Positions 1-12,106 of a stretch of 64,000 bases of DNA are shown in pieces. The stretch covers positions 27,280,001 to 27,344,000 of the forward strand of contig OX597828.1 in NCBI GenBank assembly GCA_951406725.2. The letters run 5' to 3'. The DNA comes from Octopus vulgaris. Taxonomy: Eukaryota. A model generated the notes under the pieces. It was not told where the DNA came from. It saw only the letters and a program-made list of their open reading frames with translations, and ran no database searches. How positions within the stretch are numbered: the stretch's first letter is position 1; each line of letters starts with the position of its first letter. The position numbers and the translations under genes are program-made.

Positions 1-124
1 TGACACAGAGGAATTATGTTCTGTGACAGTAATCTTATTACATGACACTGTGTCTTTCTGCATAATCTATCATGGCTATTGAATTCCTTCAGTCGTTGCA
101 ATACTTTATAAATATGGTTACTTA

Positions 125-296
125 TTTGGTTGGCTCAAATGTGAGCTGGCATTCCAACCATATTGGTTTCAGGTTCAGTCCCACAGCATGGTGGCATCCT
201 GGAAAACGTGACTTCTACTCTAGCTCTGGCCTGACTGATGCTTTATGAATTGATTTTTTTAGACAGAAACTGAAAGAATCCTGTCATGCATATATA
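125..296 (+). mobile_element. Degenerate 5' half of tRNA-headed SINE family A
   Basis: B-box-like GGTTCAGTCCC and gacagaaactgaaagaa match the intact copy at 46273-46676; the 3' half resumes at 1365. Confidence 0.6.
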
Positions 297-668
297 CAAT
301 GCTGGATTACCCATCAAGCAAAATAAGCATGTGCTCAGAGCATCAAGGGAAGCTGGGCACCACAAAAATGGTCAATAGTCTATGATACAAAGGAAATCAC
401 TTTAAACTTGCTTTGATAACATTTGAAGTGGTTTCTGGTCATAGTGTCACAGTGAGGATCTAGTCAAAGACTTTGCAATTAAAGTAAAGTTGGAAGTGGA
501 AAGATACAAGAATAACCATTTTCCATCTTACTGTTAGTTTCCTTTCAATTTCAAAAATAATTTATTTTATGGTTTATCATTGTTTATTTTTTTAATTATG
601 TACATAAGGGGTGGGGGACCAAAATCTTTTAAGTGCTTAGGACCTCTGTAGATCTTAATCTGGCCCTG
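297..668. mobile_element. Non-autonomous DNA transposon (hAT-like MITE)
   Basis: Decayed left end CAATGCTGGATTA vs right end TAATCTGGCCCTG (terminal inverted repeat of CAGGGCC.GATTA type); no coding capacity. Confidence 0.5.
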
Positions 669-735
669 TATATAATATATATTTATTATATAGATTATTT
701 ATATCTTAAAAAATTGATTATATTTTAGGTTTTGA

Positions 736-796
736 AACCACCTGAAGAATGTCTCAAAGATGTGCTGAAATAAGACATGAAACGATCATAGTGGTT
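736..796 (+). ncRNA. Type I hammerhead ribozyme motif in a Penelope-like repeat fragment (about 700-905)
   Basis: AACCAC-CTGAAGA-ATGTCT..AGACAT-GAAA-C-GATC-ATA-GTGGTT: 6-bp stem I, CUGANGA core, 6-bp stem II, GAAA, palindromic loop III, NUH triplet AUA. Confidence 0.75.
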
Positions 797-898
797 ATTT
801 ATAATTGTTAAATTTCTAAATTTATATAAATTATTTTATGTATTGGCTTAAGTCTTTCTTTGTTTGATTTGCATAATAGTGGTTTTGTCTCTAATTTA

Positions 899-942
<44 letters not shown>

Positions 943-1037
943 CAGGGCCAGATTAAGACCTATAGAGGTCCTAAGCACTTAAAAGATTTTGGTCACCCAC
1001 CCCTTATGTAGATAATTAAAAAAAATAAACAATGATA
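943..1037. repeat. Inverted copy of 575-668 (MITE right end)
   Basis: Reverse complement matches 575-668 with 4 substitutions and 1 indel over about 95 nt. Confidence 0.9.
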
Positions 1038-1174
1038 GATATATATATATATATAAGACATTAACTGCGTAAAAGTCAATACAAAGAGTACTCCACCCAA
1101 TGAGAGTTCAATATTACTAAACGTTTTAACTAAGTGTATGCTACTAATTGTACACAATACATGTATGCAACATC

Positions 1175-1218
1175 ACGCTACAAATAGTTTCCCGTGCATG
1201 CATACATTCGTCAGGCGC
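1175..1218 (-). ncRNA. Degenerate hammerhead ribozyme motif
   Basis: Minus strand GCGC-CTGACGA-ATGTATGCATGCACGG-GAAA-C-TATTT-GTA-GCGT; core and stem I intact, stem II imperfect. Confidence 0.6.
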
Positions 1219-1364
1219 CAATTGCACTACACTCCCAAAACTTTTGTTTAAATAGTGGAACAGTTTAGAACTGGCAGAAAGATAAAGCATGTCTAATGGA
1301 AGATACCATCTTGATGGGTAAAATAAATTTTTAAAAAATATATATATAGGTAAAAATAAACTAT

Positions 1365-1578
1365 ATGTGTATGTTTGTGTGTTGTGTTTATCACCCCCAA
1401 CATTGCTTGACAGCCGATGCTGGTGTGTTTATGTCCCCATAACTTAGCGGTTCGGCAAAATAGAACCAATAGAATAAGTACTAGGCTTACAAAGAATAAG
1501 TCCTGGGGTCAATTTGCTCGACTAAAGGCAGTGCTCCAGCATGGCCACAGTCAAGTGACTGAAACAAGTAAACGAGTA
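1365..1578 (+). mobile_element. 3' half of SINE family A
   Basis: ttgcttgaca.ccgatgctggtgtgtt...gtgctccagcatggccacagtc...gactgaaacaagtaaa matches 46480-46676. Confidence 0.85.
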
Positions 1579-1821
1579 ATCAGTATAAAAATGAGTCACC
1601 ATTACAATGTGCAAGTTATTCAAAATTATTATATTTAGTTAGGAAGTTTCATCCAGTAAGAGTGACCATTGGTCTTGTACGTATAAAGAGCCTGTAGGGG
1701 TGAAACCAATGCCCACTCTATGACTGGCTGTAACTTTAAACTTCCCCAAAATACATTAATGCTTTAGGATGTGCTTCTTTCTCGGAACTGTGAACTACTG
1801 ACAATATATATGTGTGTGTGT

Positions 1822-2037
1822 AAACGTTAGTGCGCTGGGCAAAATGCTTAGCGGTATTGCGTCTGCCGTTACGTTCTGAGTTCAAATTCCGCCAAGGTCG
1901 ACTTTGCTTTTCATCCTTTCGGGGTCGATAAATACAGTACCAGTTACGCACTGGGGTCGATGTAATCGACTTAATCCGTTTGTCTGTCCTTGTTTGTTCC
2001 CTCTATGTTTAGCCCCTTGTGGGCAATAAAGAAATAA
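1822..2037 (+). mobile_element. tRNA-headed SINE family B (central domain resembling the Meta/MESC SINE core)
   Basis: B-box GAGTTCAAATTCC then GTCGACTTTGC.TTTCATCCTTTCGGGGTCGATAAA; near-identical to 11885-12106 and 47468-47697. Confidence 0.85.
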
Positions 2038-2044
2038 TATATAT

Positions 2045-2260
2045 CATCATCATCATCATCATCAATTAATGTCTATTTTGCATGCTGGCATAAGTTGAAT
2101 GGTTTCACAGGAGCTGACAAGCCAATGAACTGCACTGAGCACCACTGTCTGTTTCGGTAGGGTCTCTACAGCTTGATACCTTTCCTAACACCAACCACTT
2201 CACTAAGTGTACTGGGTGCTTTTTATGTGGCACCAGCACTGGTGAGGTCACCAAGTCACT
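2045..2260 (-). mobile_element. Degenerate family D retroposon 3' tail ending in (TGA)n
   Basis: Reverse complement resembles 8081-8272 and ends in a (cat)n run. Confidence 0.6.
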
Positions 2261-2790
2261 TACGAGACAAAGATCCTTTGATAGATGGGGTGGGGGGAAG
2301 TACTGGAGGAGATGGCTTTGTGCCAAGTGGTGAGAGATTAGAGTATGACAGGGGACAGAAGCAAGTGTCTTGCTGTAGAGGAGGTACATGGTTACCATGG
2401 TGGGAGGAAGAATCAGACAGGCAGAGAGTGATCAAGAATGAGAGAGATGGTGGTCATGTGCCAGGGATTATTCTCAAGGAGCAGGGATGAGTATATGGAT
2501 TCATGTGCAGGGAGTTCATGGGAATGTAAAGAAGTGGGATGGAAGAAAATGCAGTGACTGGTGGCATCTGGGTATTATAGAAGGTGGGGACAACAGGGTA
2601 GCAATGACGCAGTTGGCAAGGCAGCAAGGATAAGATTGGGCTGCAGGAGAGGGGTAGGGAGAGATAAGTGTAGTGCATGAAAAAAGAGAAAATATGAGGA
2701 AGAGGAAACACCCTACATCCATTAAACAAAAACTGCATCTCCACTTCTACTCTTCCTTTTGTGTGTGTTTGTGTATATATATATATATAT

Positions 2791-3100
2791 GGAGGCGCAA
2801 TGGCCCAGTGGTTAGGGCAGCGGACTTGCCGTCATAGGATCACGGTTTTGATTCCCAGACTGGGCGTTGTGAGTGTTTATTGAGCGAAAACACCTAAAGC
2901 TCCACGAGGCTCTAGCAGGGGTTGGTGGTGATCCCTGCTGTACTCTTTCGCCACAACTTTCTCTCACTCTTTCTTTTGTTGGCCTGGTCATTTAGCCAGC
3001 GGGGTGGCATCATTTGAAGGCTAAAACAATGCGAAATGCATTGTGACCAGTGATGTGTAGCAACATCTGATAGCCTGGTCGGTCACGGTGATCACGGTGA
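2791..3100 (+). mobile_element. tRNA-derived SINE family C
   Basis: A-box TGGCCCAGTGG and B-box-like GGTTTTGATTCCC at tRNA spacing; repeated cacggtgat tail; inserted in a (TA)n tract. Confidence 0.75.
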
Positions 3101-3104
3101 TATA

Positions 3105-3164
<60 letters not shown>

Positions 3165-3166
<2 letters not shown>

Positions 3167-4407
3167 GGTGGTTGGACAAAATAATGGAAACACCTTAAAA
3201 TTTTAAACAAATTTATTTTGAAATGAGGTAGGACCACCTTTGGCAGTAATTAGAGCTTGAATTCTATGACGTATGGACTTGTAAAAAGTTTGAATTGTTT
3301 CCAAAGGAACTTTGTCCATTCTTCAACTAAAATAGTCTCCAGTTCTTGTAGTGATGATGGTGGAGGATATCGACTCTTTACTTGTTTTTCTAAAATGCAC
3401 CATAAATGTTCAATAATATTGAGATCTGGAGACTGTGATGGCCAGATAAGATGTTCATCTTCACTGGAATGTTCCTCGTGCCATTCAGTAACAAGTTTAA
3501 CTGTGTGAATTGGTGCATTATCATCCTGAAAAATTGTGTTGCCCTTCGGAAACAGTTCTGCAAGCATAGGATGAATTTAATGATAAAATGCTTAAATAGT
3601 CTTCTGTATTAATTCTGCCATGAAGGGAAACCATTGGGCCGCCGGATTTCCAAGATATAGCCCCCACCACCACCATCAGCTCATCACAGATCCTCTTCCA
3701 TGTTCATCAGTTGGAAGAAGGCAGTCTAGGTCAAAAGCTTCTTTTGGCTGTCTCCACATGTATACTCAACCAGTGATCAGAAATAAGGTAAAGGATGACT
3801 CATCCAAGAAAATAACATTCTTCCACTGCTCTAGGGACCAATTCTATAGGTTTTTACTCCACTCTAAATGCTTTGCAACGTTTGTGTTTGAAAGTAGTGG
3901 TTTTCTGAGAGCAGCTCCCGGCAAACAGTTTTTGTGGAAACTGCTTTCTCGAGGTGTTCATTAAGTCTGCTGTAATTTGGGGAATTGTACTTTTGTGATC
4001 CTTTCTAATAATTCACGTAAGAATCCGACAGTCCCTATCTGAAAGTTTTCGTTTTTTTCCAGTGTTTTGTTTTTATGAGAAGGTTTTTCCCTCCTTCTCG
4101 GAGGCTGTCATTACTTTCGACACAGTACTCCTTGATACACCAAATATTTTGGCTGTTTTTTTTTACAATAGCGCCTACCATATGACCACCAACAATTTGA
4201 CCTCTTTGAAAGTCCGATAGATCTGTCATTTTAATGAATTTCATTTACCTTTCTCTAATGATATCTGAAAAGAAACAGTAATTTTAGCAAAACATATTAA
4301 GCAACACTAATAATAAATAAAAAAATGTAAAAATAAACAAGCATATAGACATTTCAAAATTATGATGTTATGATGCTAGGTGTTTCCATTATTTTGTCCA
4401 ACCCTTG
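3165..4407 (-). mobile_element. Full-length (about 1.24 kb) Tc1/mariner-superfamily transposon, DD36E type
   Basis: TIR core GGTTGGACAAAATAATGGAAACACCT at both ends in inverted orientation; TA at the right flank; internal transposase. Confidence 0.92.
3250..4229 (-). pseudogene. Disrupted Tc1-like transposase
   Basis: N-terminal MTDLSDFQRGQIVG, first catalytic motif VIFLDES (about 3800), FQDDNAPIH and WPSQSPDLNIIEHLW; the reading frame is broken into pieces. Confidence 0.9.
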
Positions 4408-4987
4408 TATATGCATAAACACACACACATACATGTTTGTATCCTTTTTATATCATGTGACAGTTGTAAATGCGTGTCAGTATCATACAAATTGTGCTAG
4501 TTATTTTCAATATTTTGTGATGTCTGGCAATCAGGAACTCTTAGCTTGCTTGCAAACATGAAGGGCATCTAGCCATAAAAAAAACCCCAAAAAAACTTGC
4601 CTTAATGGTGTCCATCTGAGCCATAAAAACAGAGGAAAGTGGACATTAAAATGATGATGATGATGACTGCGATTTCTTTCTTGAATTGACACAAGTTACT
4701 CCTCTCTCTCTCTGCCACGAGGTACGTAAGGCAACAACACAATTTCTTTCCCTACCAACTCTGTTTCCTGCTATTGTTTTGATCTCATTCCAACTTCTTC
4801 ACCCTTCTCTTTTTTTTCCCCTTGTCATTGCTCCTTCTCCATGTGGATGTAGGACTCCCTGTTGCTCTCTTACCTTTGGTACCTGTCTGAGGATGTGCCT
4901 GATCCTGTTCCAGCATCTGCATCTTATTTTCTCACTGATTCTGTTGATGCCCGTTCTTCTCTCAATTGTGTCTCCATTGGACTCTTT

Positions 4988-5570
4988 GCAGCTGTGTGGT
5001 TAAGGAGTTTGCTTTCCAATGATGCAGTCTTGGGTTCAGTCCCACTGTGGGGCACCTTTAGCATGTGTCTTTTACTATATCCCTGTGTTTGCAATCCTGT
5101 GGTTTTGGGTTTGGTCCCCCTGTGCAGAAAGTTAAGCAAGTGTTTTCTACTATAAAGCCAGGTCAACCAATGCCTTGTGAGTGTATTTGGGTGATGGAAA
5201 CTGAAAGAAGCCTGCCATGTATATATGTGTATGCAACTGCACATGCACACACACGTTATATATATAGTTGTACATATGTATGTGTATGCATTATGATTTA
5301 CTTTTGTTGAGTACAGAATTAGTTGTTCTTAAGCAAGATTATTAGTGACAGTGGCTTAGCTGGCCAAGACTTCCATGTCACTGTTATCAATATGTTAGTT
5401 TAGCAATAATAGATGTGTGTGTGTGTGAAGTGGTATTGGTTTGTTTATGTTTATGTGCCTTACAAGGTCAACAATAGACTTTTAAGAAATAAGTCCTGGG
5501 ATCAGTTTGTGTGACTAAATCCTTCAAGGCAGCACCAGCATGGTCGCAATAAAATGACTGTAATGATCAA
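4988..5570 (+). mobile_element. Degenerate SINE family A with a duplicated head segment
   Basis: GGGTTCAGTCCCACTG head occurs twice (about 5030 and 5105); tail cagcatggtcgcaataaaatgactg. Confidence 0.65.
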
Positions 5571-6069
5571 AAATGGACAAATGATGAAGAGATTTACTTC
5601 CATATTTTTTTTTCTCTTGTAAAACACCAGTAAATTCTCCATGATCCAAGTTTGTGAATTGGTTCCCATTCTCAAGACTCCTTCCATGGAAAGGCATGAA
5701 CGTGTCAACACACTATACTCCTATTTGCATAACATTCTTGCTTTTTTGCTCATAAAAATGTGTAGATGAAGCCCACACGCTCGCTGGCTTCTGTGAATGA
5801 AGCGCCGTGCAGCATAACTACCCCACCAGTACATGTTACACACATCAGTCCAGCCATACTAATTACGGTGGATATGGTTTAATATCCATACAGGATGTTG
5901 CATCAAATATTTTCATAGCCACATATTTATTCTCTGCATCCGCAGACGTTCTTGCACTGAAACCATGGCACTGATAAAATGACTCACACACAAGATCACC
6001 AGAGCTAATGGTAGTTAAACACTTATAAACAGCATTCTTTTTTTCTTTTTTTCTTCTTCTTCTTCTAGT

Positions 6070-6134
6070 GTATATGCGTGTATTAAATATATGCAAATAC
6101 ACACACATGTATATAGATGTACATGTATGTACTG

Positions 6135-6179
<45 letters not shown>

Positions 6180-6580
6180 GTGTGTGTGTGTATATACACA
6201 TATATAGAGAGAGATCTTCAAATATGTGTATATATGTATATATATATATATATTTATGTGTATGTGTATATGCACATATATATAGAGATCTACATATATG
6301 TGTATACATGTATATGTATACATATATTTATACATATATGTATATATAATGTATGTATATAGATGTGCATATTTATAGATAGATAGATGTACTTGTATGT
6401 ATACATGTACATGCGCATGCATTTCAGTATATTTCTGTGTGCGTGTTGATGGGGGGGGGGGCACTTGTGATTTTGTTGTTGTTTTTAATTCTTTAGAACA
6501 AATTATTAATATCAGCAGAATCTACTTTTAAGATATGAACCATATTTTGTTTGTTTATTTGTTAATTATTATTATTATTA

Positions 6581-6621
<41 letters not shown>

Positions 6622-7540
6622 TTTATTATTTGTTCTTTTTTTAGAGATTGGTTATAGTCAAGTATAAAAGTCTGGCTAATATAAAGAAAAAAAAAATGAA
6701 AGAATAAAAACAAATGAAAAACACTACAAAAATTTTTTTAAAAACCCTAAAATAAAACACCAACAAAAATGTATTACAATCAAAGCGCAGAAGCAAATTT
6801 AGTATTTTATTAGAATTATGTATAATTTTTAATTTTTTTATATATATTTGTCGGGTTATATATTTACATATATATATTTCTGTTATTGTTTGTGTTGGTG
6901 GTGGTGGTCATGGTGCTCATGGTTTCATTATATGTTCTTTCATTAAAAGAACCAAAAAAAAAAACAAAAAAAAAACAAACACAAAACGAAAAAAGGAACC
7001 CAACAATTTCTACCTATAAAAATAAATTATGGTAAGATAGAAATTACAAACTGTGGCATGAAGAGCACACAAATTCATTTCTCTCCATCACTATCCTTCT
7101 TCCCCCCTTTTCCCTCCTATAATTCTGAGACCTATATCCATATATATGTGTGTGTGTGTGTGTGTAAATATATGTATATATAAATATATATATGTATATA
7201 TATATGTACAAATATATGTATGTATATATAAATATATTTATGTATATATTTGTATAAATATATGTATGTATATATAGATATATATATGTATATATATATA
7301 AATATATGTATATATATATATGTATGTATAAATATATGTATGTACATATATATGCATATGTATGAATGTGTGAATATGTATATATATATATATGTATATA
7401 TATATGTGTGTGTGTATGTATATGTATGTGTATATATATATACATATATATATATGGGAGTGCTCTAGCATATATATATATATAGATATGTATATGCATA
7501 TATATATATGTTCATATATATATACATACACAGACATATA

Positions 7541-7592
<52 letters not shown>

Positions 7593-7795
7593 GGGGGTGC
7601 TCCAGCATAACCACACCCACATTGCTGAAAATAGTAAAAAAATATATGTGTGTGTATATATACATATATATATGTATATATATATATGAGCAAGTATATT
7701 TGTATATATAGCTCTATGTTCATGTGTGTATATATATGTATATATAAGTATGTGTTCATATATGCACATACATATGTATGTATGTATATGTAAAA
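6070..7795. repeat. Compound (TA)n/(TG)n microsatellite blocks with an A-rich spacer
   Basis: Seen directly; source of the spurious IY/YI ORFs. Confidence 0.9.
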
Positions 7796-8080
7796 ATGTA
7801 CAAACCAGGTTGAGCTGCAGTATGTTGGGTATATGAATTCCTACATCTACAGTGTCTTTGCTCATTGATCAGTTTATATTATTAAACCCCTGGGTAGATT
7901 GCTCTCTGCTCTAAACCTCGACTGCATCTTACTTATTCTGCTAGTTTTAATATTAGTTAGCGTTAAATATTCCACTCCTTCAAATAAATTCTATACTGTC
8001 ATATATTTTCATTGATATATATATATACACACACACACACATGCAATCACGTGTGTATGCATTTTTGTTTAGATATGTGC

Positions 8081-8272
8081 AGGTGGCACGTAAAAAACAC
8101 CCACTACACTCGCGGAGTGGTTGGCGTTAGGAAGGGCATCCAGCCGTAGAAACACTGCCAGATCTGACTGGGCCTGACGAAGCCTTCCAGCTTCACAGAC
8201 CCCAGTTGACCTGTCCAACCCATGCTAGCATGGAAAGCGGACGCTAAATGATGATGATGATGATGATGATGT
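8081..8272 (+). mobile_element. Family D retroposon 3' tail (SINE or LINE-derived)
   Basis: gtggcacgtaaaa...ggttggcgttaggaagggcatccagccgtagaa...acccatgctagcatggaaagcggacg..(tga)n; recurs near 21190, 40580, 59280, 63300. Confidence 0.8.
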
Positions 8273-8279
8273 GTGTATG

Positions 8280-8310
<31 letters not shown>

Positions 8311-9246
8311 ACGTTCATATGTTTGTATTGTATATCTTTTGTTTCTTATTTGAGAGAATAAATACTATAACAGCCTTGATTGCACAAAATCTTGTGAGAA
8401 AAGGGTAGTGAAATAGACAAAAATGAGGAATAATTCAAGAAATGGAAGACAGCACCGATAGCCAAAACTGCATGCATAGAATCTAAGATAAATAACCGAA
8501 AAGTGAACAACAAAAGAGTTATAAGGCTGAAAGTGTGCATAACCCCTTATAAGTGGTTGGTGAACTTCATGAAGTATTTTCTATTCTATACTTTGTTTAT
8601 ACATTGAGAACTTCCATAGCTTTCCTGGCATTGAAATATGTTTTACTTCAAGGCATGAACTGTTAATTAATTTTGTGCCTTATTAATATTGGTGAACCCT
8701 GTCTAGAATTGAACATACATGAAAGCCATGGTCTTTAATCCTTCTCAAAAAGCAGTTATCCTTAATAAGGAGTCACGTGGGTCATGGTGACATGCTGAAA
8801 ATCCAAGCATGCAAACCAGACTTAAAATAATGAAGATTTTGTTGCATGAAGGGCAGTCTGATGATAAAAGACTGAAATGTTTTCAAGGTACCAAAATATT
8901 GAATATTGCAGGTGAAGGCATAGCTCTGTGGCTAAGCAACTCACTTTGAAACAATAGGTTTTTGGTTCAATGTCACTGCATGGCATGGCTCATTGAACAA
9001 GTGTCTTTTACTATAATCCCAGATTTGCCTTGTGAGTGAATTTGGTAGATGGAAACTGTTTTGAAACCTGTCGAGCATCCATGCATGTGCGCATGTGTCT
9101 AATCTAAGCAAGGAGACAAAGGAAGAATTTAGCACATCTTTAAAGATCCATTACAATTGTTCTGGTACCACTCTGCTTTTAGTGCTACTGCCTGCAAAAG
9201 CTCCACATGTAAAGTTACATAATACTTGTGGTTTGATACATTAGAG

Positions 9247-9465
9247 CAGTGGTTTTCAACCAGGGTTCCACAGAACCTTAGGGTTCCGCCAGTACAGTCT
9301 AGGGGTTCCGCAAGAAGTTACAAAACTGCTAAAATTGGCAGTAATTTTTAATTCACCTGTGCAGATATGTGTGCATAAGACTATTAAATTATTGCACAGG
9401 GATTCCTTGAGCCAGTGGAATGTTTCCTTTGGGTTACGCTCCAGCAAAAAGTTTGAAAAGCACTG
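9247..9465. mobile_element. hAT (Charlie-like) MITE with intact 8-bp TSD
   Basis: TIR CAGTGGTTTTCAA / TTGAAAAGCACTG; CATTAGAG duplicated at 9239-9246 and 9466-9473. Confidence 0.92.
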
Positions 9466-9712
9466 CATTAGAGAGGCACTTCATCAGACTGGCATCAAAA
9501 GTTACACTCTTTGATTGTGGCACAATGTAAGAGCACAGCTTTTGATGCAAATCTTATGAAATGTCACTTTAGTGCCATGTGCATCTTTCCACATGGAACT
9601 TCTGCATGCAATGGCATTAAAGACAGAATGATACCAAAACAATTCCAACCGGTCATTAAAGGTGTGTTAAACTCTTACTGCTTGACACAAACTTTGGGAT
9701 TACTGGCAGTAC

Positions 9713-9885
9713 CTCATCATCATCATTGTTTGACTGTGGTTGAGACAATGGAATTTACCATGCTATGCCAGACTTCACGGTCCATCATAGCATTACGGAG
9801 GTCCTGTTGCTGGATGCCTGTATCCCTGGAGATTACATCAGGGTAGGAGAGTGTACGCCCTCTGGTATTGCGAGTAGATGGCTTC
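9713..9885 (-). mobile_element. 3' end of an RTE-like LINE
   Basis: Minus frame WKPSTRNTRGRTLSYPDVISRDTGIQQQDLRNAMMDREVWHSMV resembles RTE ORF C-termini and is followed by a (TGA)n tail. Confidence 0.7.
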
Positions 9886-10107
9886 CAGGGGATTTTCTAC
9901 ACCAGCAGAATTCCAATCTTCCTTGAGACTTCAAATGAGGAATGTAGATTGCCTGAAGCTCACGTTGTGTGTTGCATTGGAAATACTCTGATTTTTAATC
10001 CTTTTGGGACCGACAGGGACACACAGACAGAGAGAAACACACACACACACACATATTTATGCATGTATGTATTACATAGTATCTGTAATTCACTATTATG
10101 ATATTAA

Positions 10108-10328
10108 CCCTTTAGCATTTAAACCGGCCATATCCAGCCAAAAGTATTCTGCCTGTTTTATGTTCAAACTGGCCAGATCTGGTCTCTCACACCAATCCTA
10201 CAATATCGTTTTAAAAATTAACAGCTACCTCATCAGAATCTCATAGCTACAAGATAATGCATGATTAGTTCAAAACAATGTGGATGAAAGAGCATTAATT
10301 TTGGCAGAATAATGTGAACACTAAAGGG
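10108..10328. mobile_element. piggyBac-like MITE with TTAA TSD
   Basis: TTAA-CCCTTTAG ... CTAAAGGG-TTAA; related copies at 53361-53587 and 60585-60810. Confidence 0.85.
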
Positions 10329-11519
10329 TTAAACTCCTAACTGTTAATTAAGGTGTGAATCTGTTTACAGCCTAGCAGACTGAAGAAAACAGTTTGATGG
10401 TCTGTTTTGCTCCCAAATAAAATAACTGCAATAAAGTTTGAATCCATAGACATTTAAACAGTTAAACACATTCATACTTGAGAGTTATTTCACTTTATTC
10501 CTCTTTGATTTGTCTAGCAGTAACCAATGCTGCTGGTAAGTGCTGAAATACAACAATAAAATAGTTTGATGATGTCTTCTGTTCAAGAAAGAAATCCATC
10601 TATTTTGATGTATCTCATGCTGTATCGTCTCGTTACTTTTCCTAACTAAATTCTTTGGAGATATGCATATATTAAATCACACCTTTGACTTGATTGGGTG
10701 ATTATAGCCATAAATCTCTGTAAAATATGGTAGCTGTTTAATTTGCTGAGGAATATTTATAAAATGTCTCAACATATGTGCACGTTGAAAATATTCCAAT
10801 CAATAATTTTCTCCGCACTTTAACTCAATCATTTACTACTCCAGTCTTGTTCTGGATGTTGTATTCTTCCACACTGCAAAGACATCTCCCTGTGAACCTT
10901 TTGGTTATTTTTTTTTTTTCTCTTTCTTATTCCACTATATTTAATGTATATCGTGTATTCAGTGTTGGTTGGTTTGATGACTCCAGGATTTATTTAGTGT
11001 TCAGGTGTTTTGGACTAGCAGTGAAGGAGAGGGTAAAGTGTCAGAAGCCACTGAGAAAGCAAGCTATTATATGTGGTTCAAGAGAGAGAGAGAGAGAGAG
11101 AGAGCTTGAGTGATGCAGTAAGAATGAACATGTGGCTGCAAGTCACAACATTTGACTTGACAAAGCTTGTACTCTTATATGGGAGTTTTGTCATCTCCAT
11201 CAGTGGGTGGCCCTGGGTAGCTCTGGTGTTCTGGAGGAAGGGGCTGAAATGCCTACAGAGCTGCTCCACTGCCTGATGAGACATCGATTCTTGCATTCAG
11301 AGACATAATATAGTGACACCCTCAGCATACAAGTGTTTACCTCCAAAGAGAAAAAAAAGAAATGCTCTTTAATCCTTCTTACCATTGAGACATTATTGAA
11401 GGCATCCCTTGTTTTGCGATTGAAGGGATTTTTTTACTTGTTTAAACGAGAGGAATTCCAATTGCTCATGGCCTTTTGCAAGGCCTCTGAGACTGGCCAG
11501 GTTGATGTCTTGAATGTCT

Positions 11520-11850
11520 CATTTTAAATTTCCGTGAGTCAACACCTGCTGAGAAGCCATGAACATGGAAGGATTTTCAGTGAGTTGATGTTTTTGAAAG
11601 GAAAGGCGTTGGGATAGTCATTAGTGCAATACCTAGGAGATGTTCAGTGCAACATAGGTGATGAGAGACAAAAAGAGGAGTGAGTGGTGAGGGACTCTGG
11701 AGTATCTTAGTAGAAGTGACAGGAGTTCAGCCAACTCTGAGGATCAGAGGCCATTTCTGTTGCGGCAGGTAAGAGTGAGGAATGACAGCCCGCATATGAG
11801 CCAGATGCTGAAGCATGTCCATTAGGGATTTTATGCCAGTTGTTCAAGCG
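11520..11850 (-). mobile_element. Decayed CR1/Jockey-like LINE 3' fragment
   Basis: Minus-strand peptides LQHLAHMRAV and NGL*SSELAELL resemble the C-terminal LxHRRxV..GxCSSEL motif of such LINEs. Confidence 0.5.
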
Positions 11851-11884
11851 GCCCTTTTCAGGTTGTGGCTTGGGATATCTGATA

Positions 11885-12106
11885 GGCTGGCAGAACCATT
11901 AGCATGCCGGGTGAAATGCGTAGCTGTATTTCGTCTGCCGTAACGTTCTGAGTTCAAATTCTGCCGAGGTCGACTTTGCCTTTCATCCTTTCGGGGTCGA
12001 TAAATTAAGTACCAGTTACGCACTGGGGTCGATGTAATCGACTTAATCCGTTTGTCTGTCCTTGTTTGTCTCCTCTGTGTGTAGCCCCTTGTGGGTAATA
12101 AAGAAA
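11885..12106 (+). mobile_element. SINE family B, young copy
   Basis: gctggcagaacc head, GAGTTCAAATTC B-box, conserved core, agccccttgtgggtaataaagaaa tail. Confidence 0.9.

Noticed and set aside
2521-2535. 15-nt match GGAATGTAAAGAAGT to mature miR-1
   Set aside because: The 3' end diverges and there is no complementary star arm upstream
2791-2865. tRNA gene
   Set aside because: Has A/B boxes but no convincing acceptor stem and continues into a SINE body
5863-6030. KYVAMKIF resembling a kinase VAIK motif in a minus ORF
   Set aside because: No glycine loop, no suitable splice sites and no other kinase subdomains
11268-11315. CTGATGA motif
   Set aside because: No GAAA and no credible stem II
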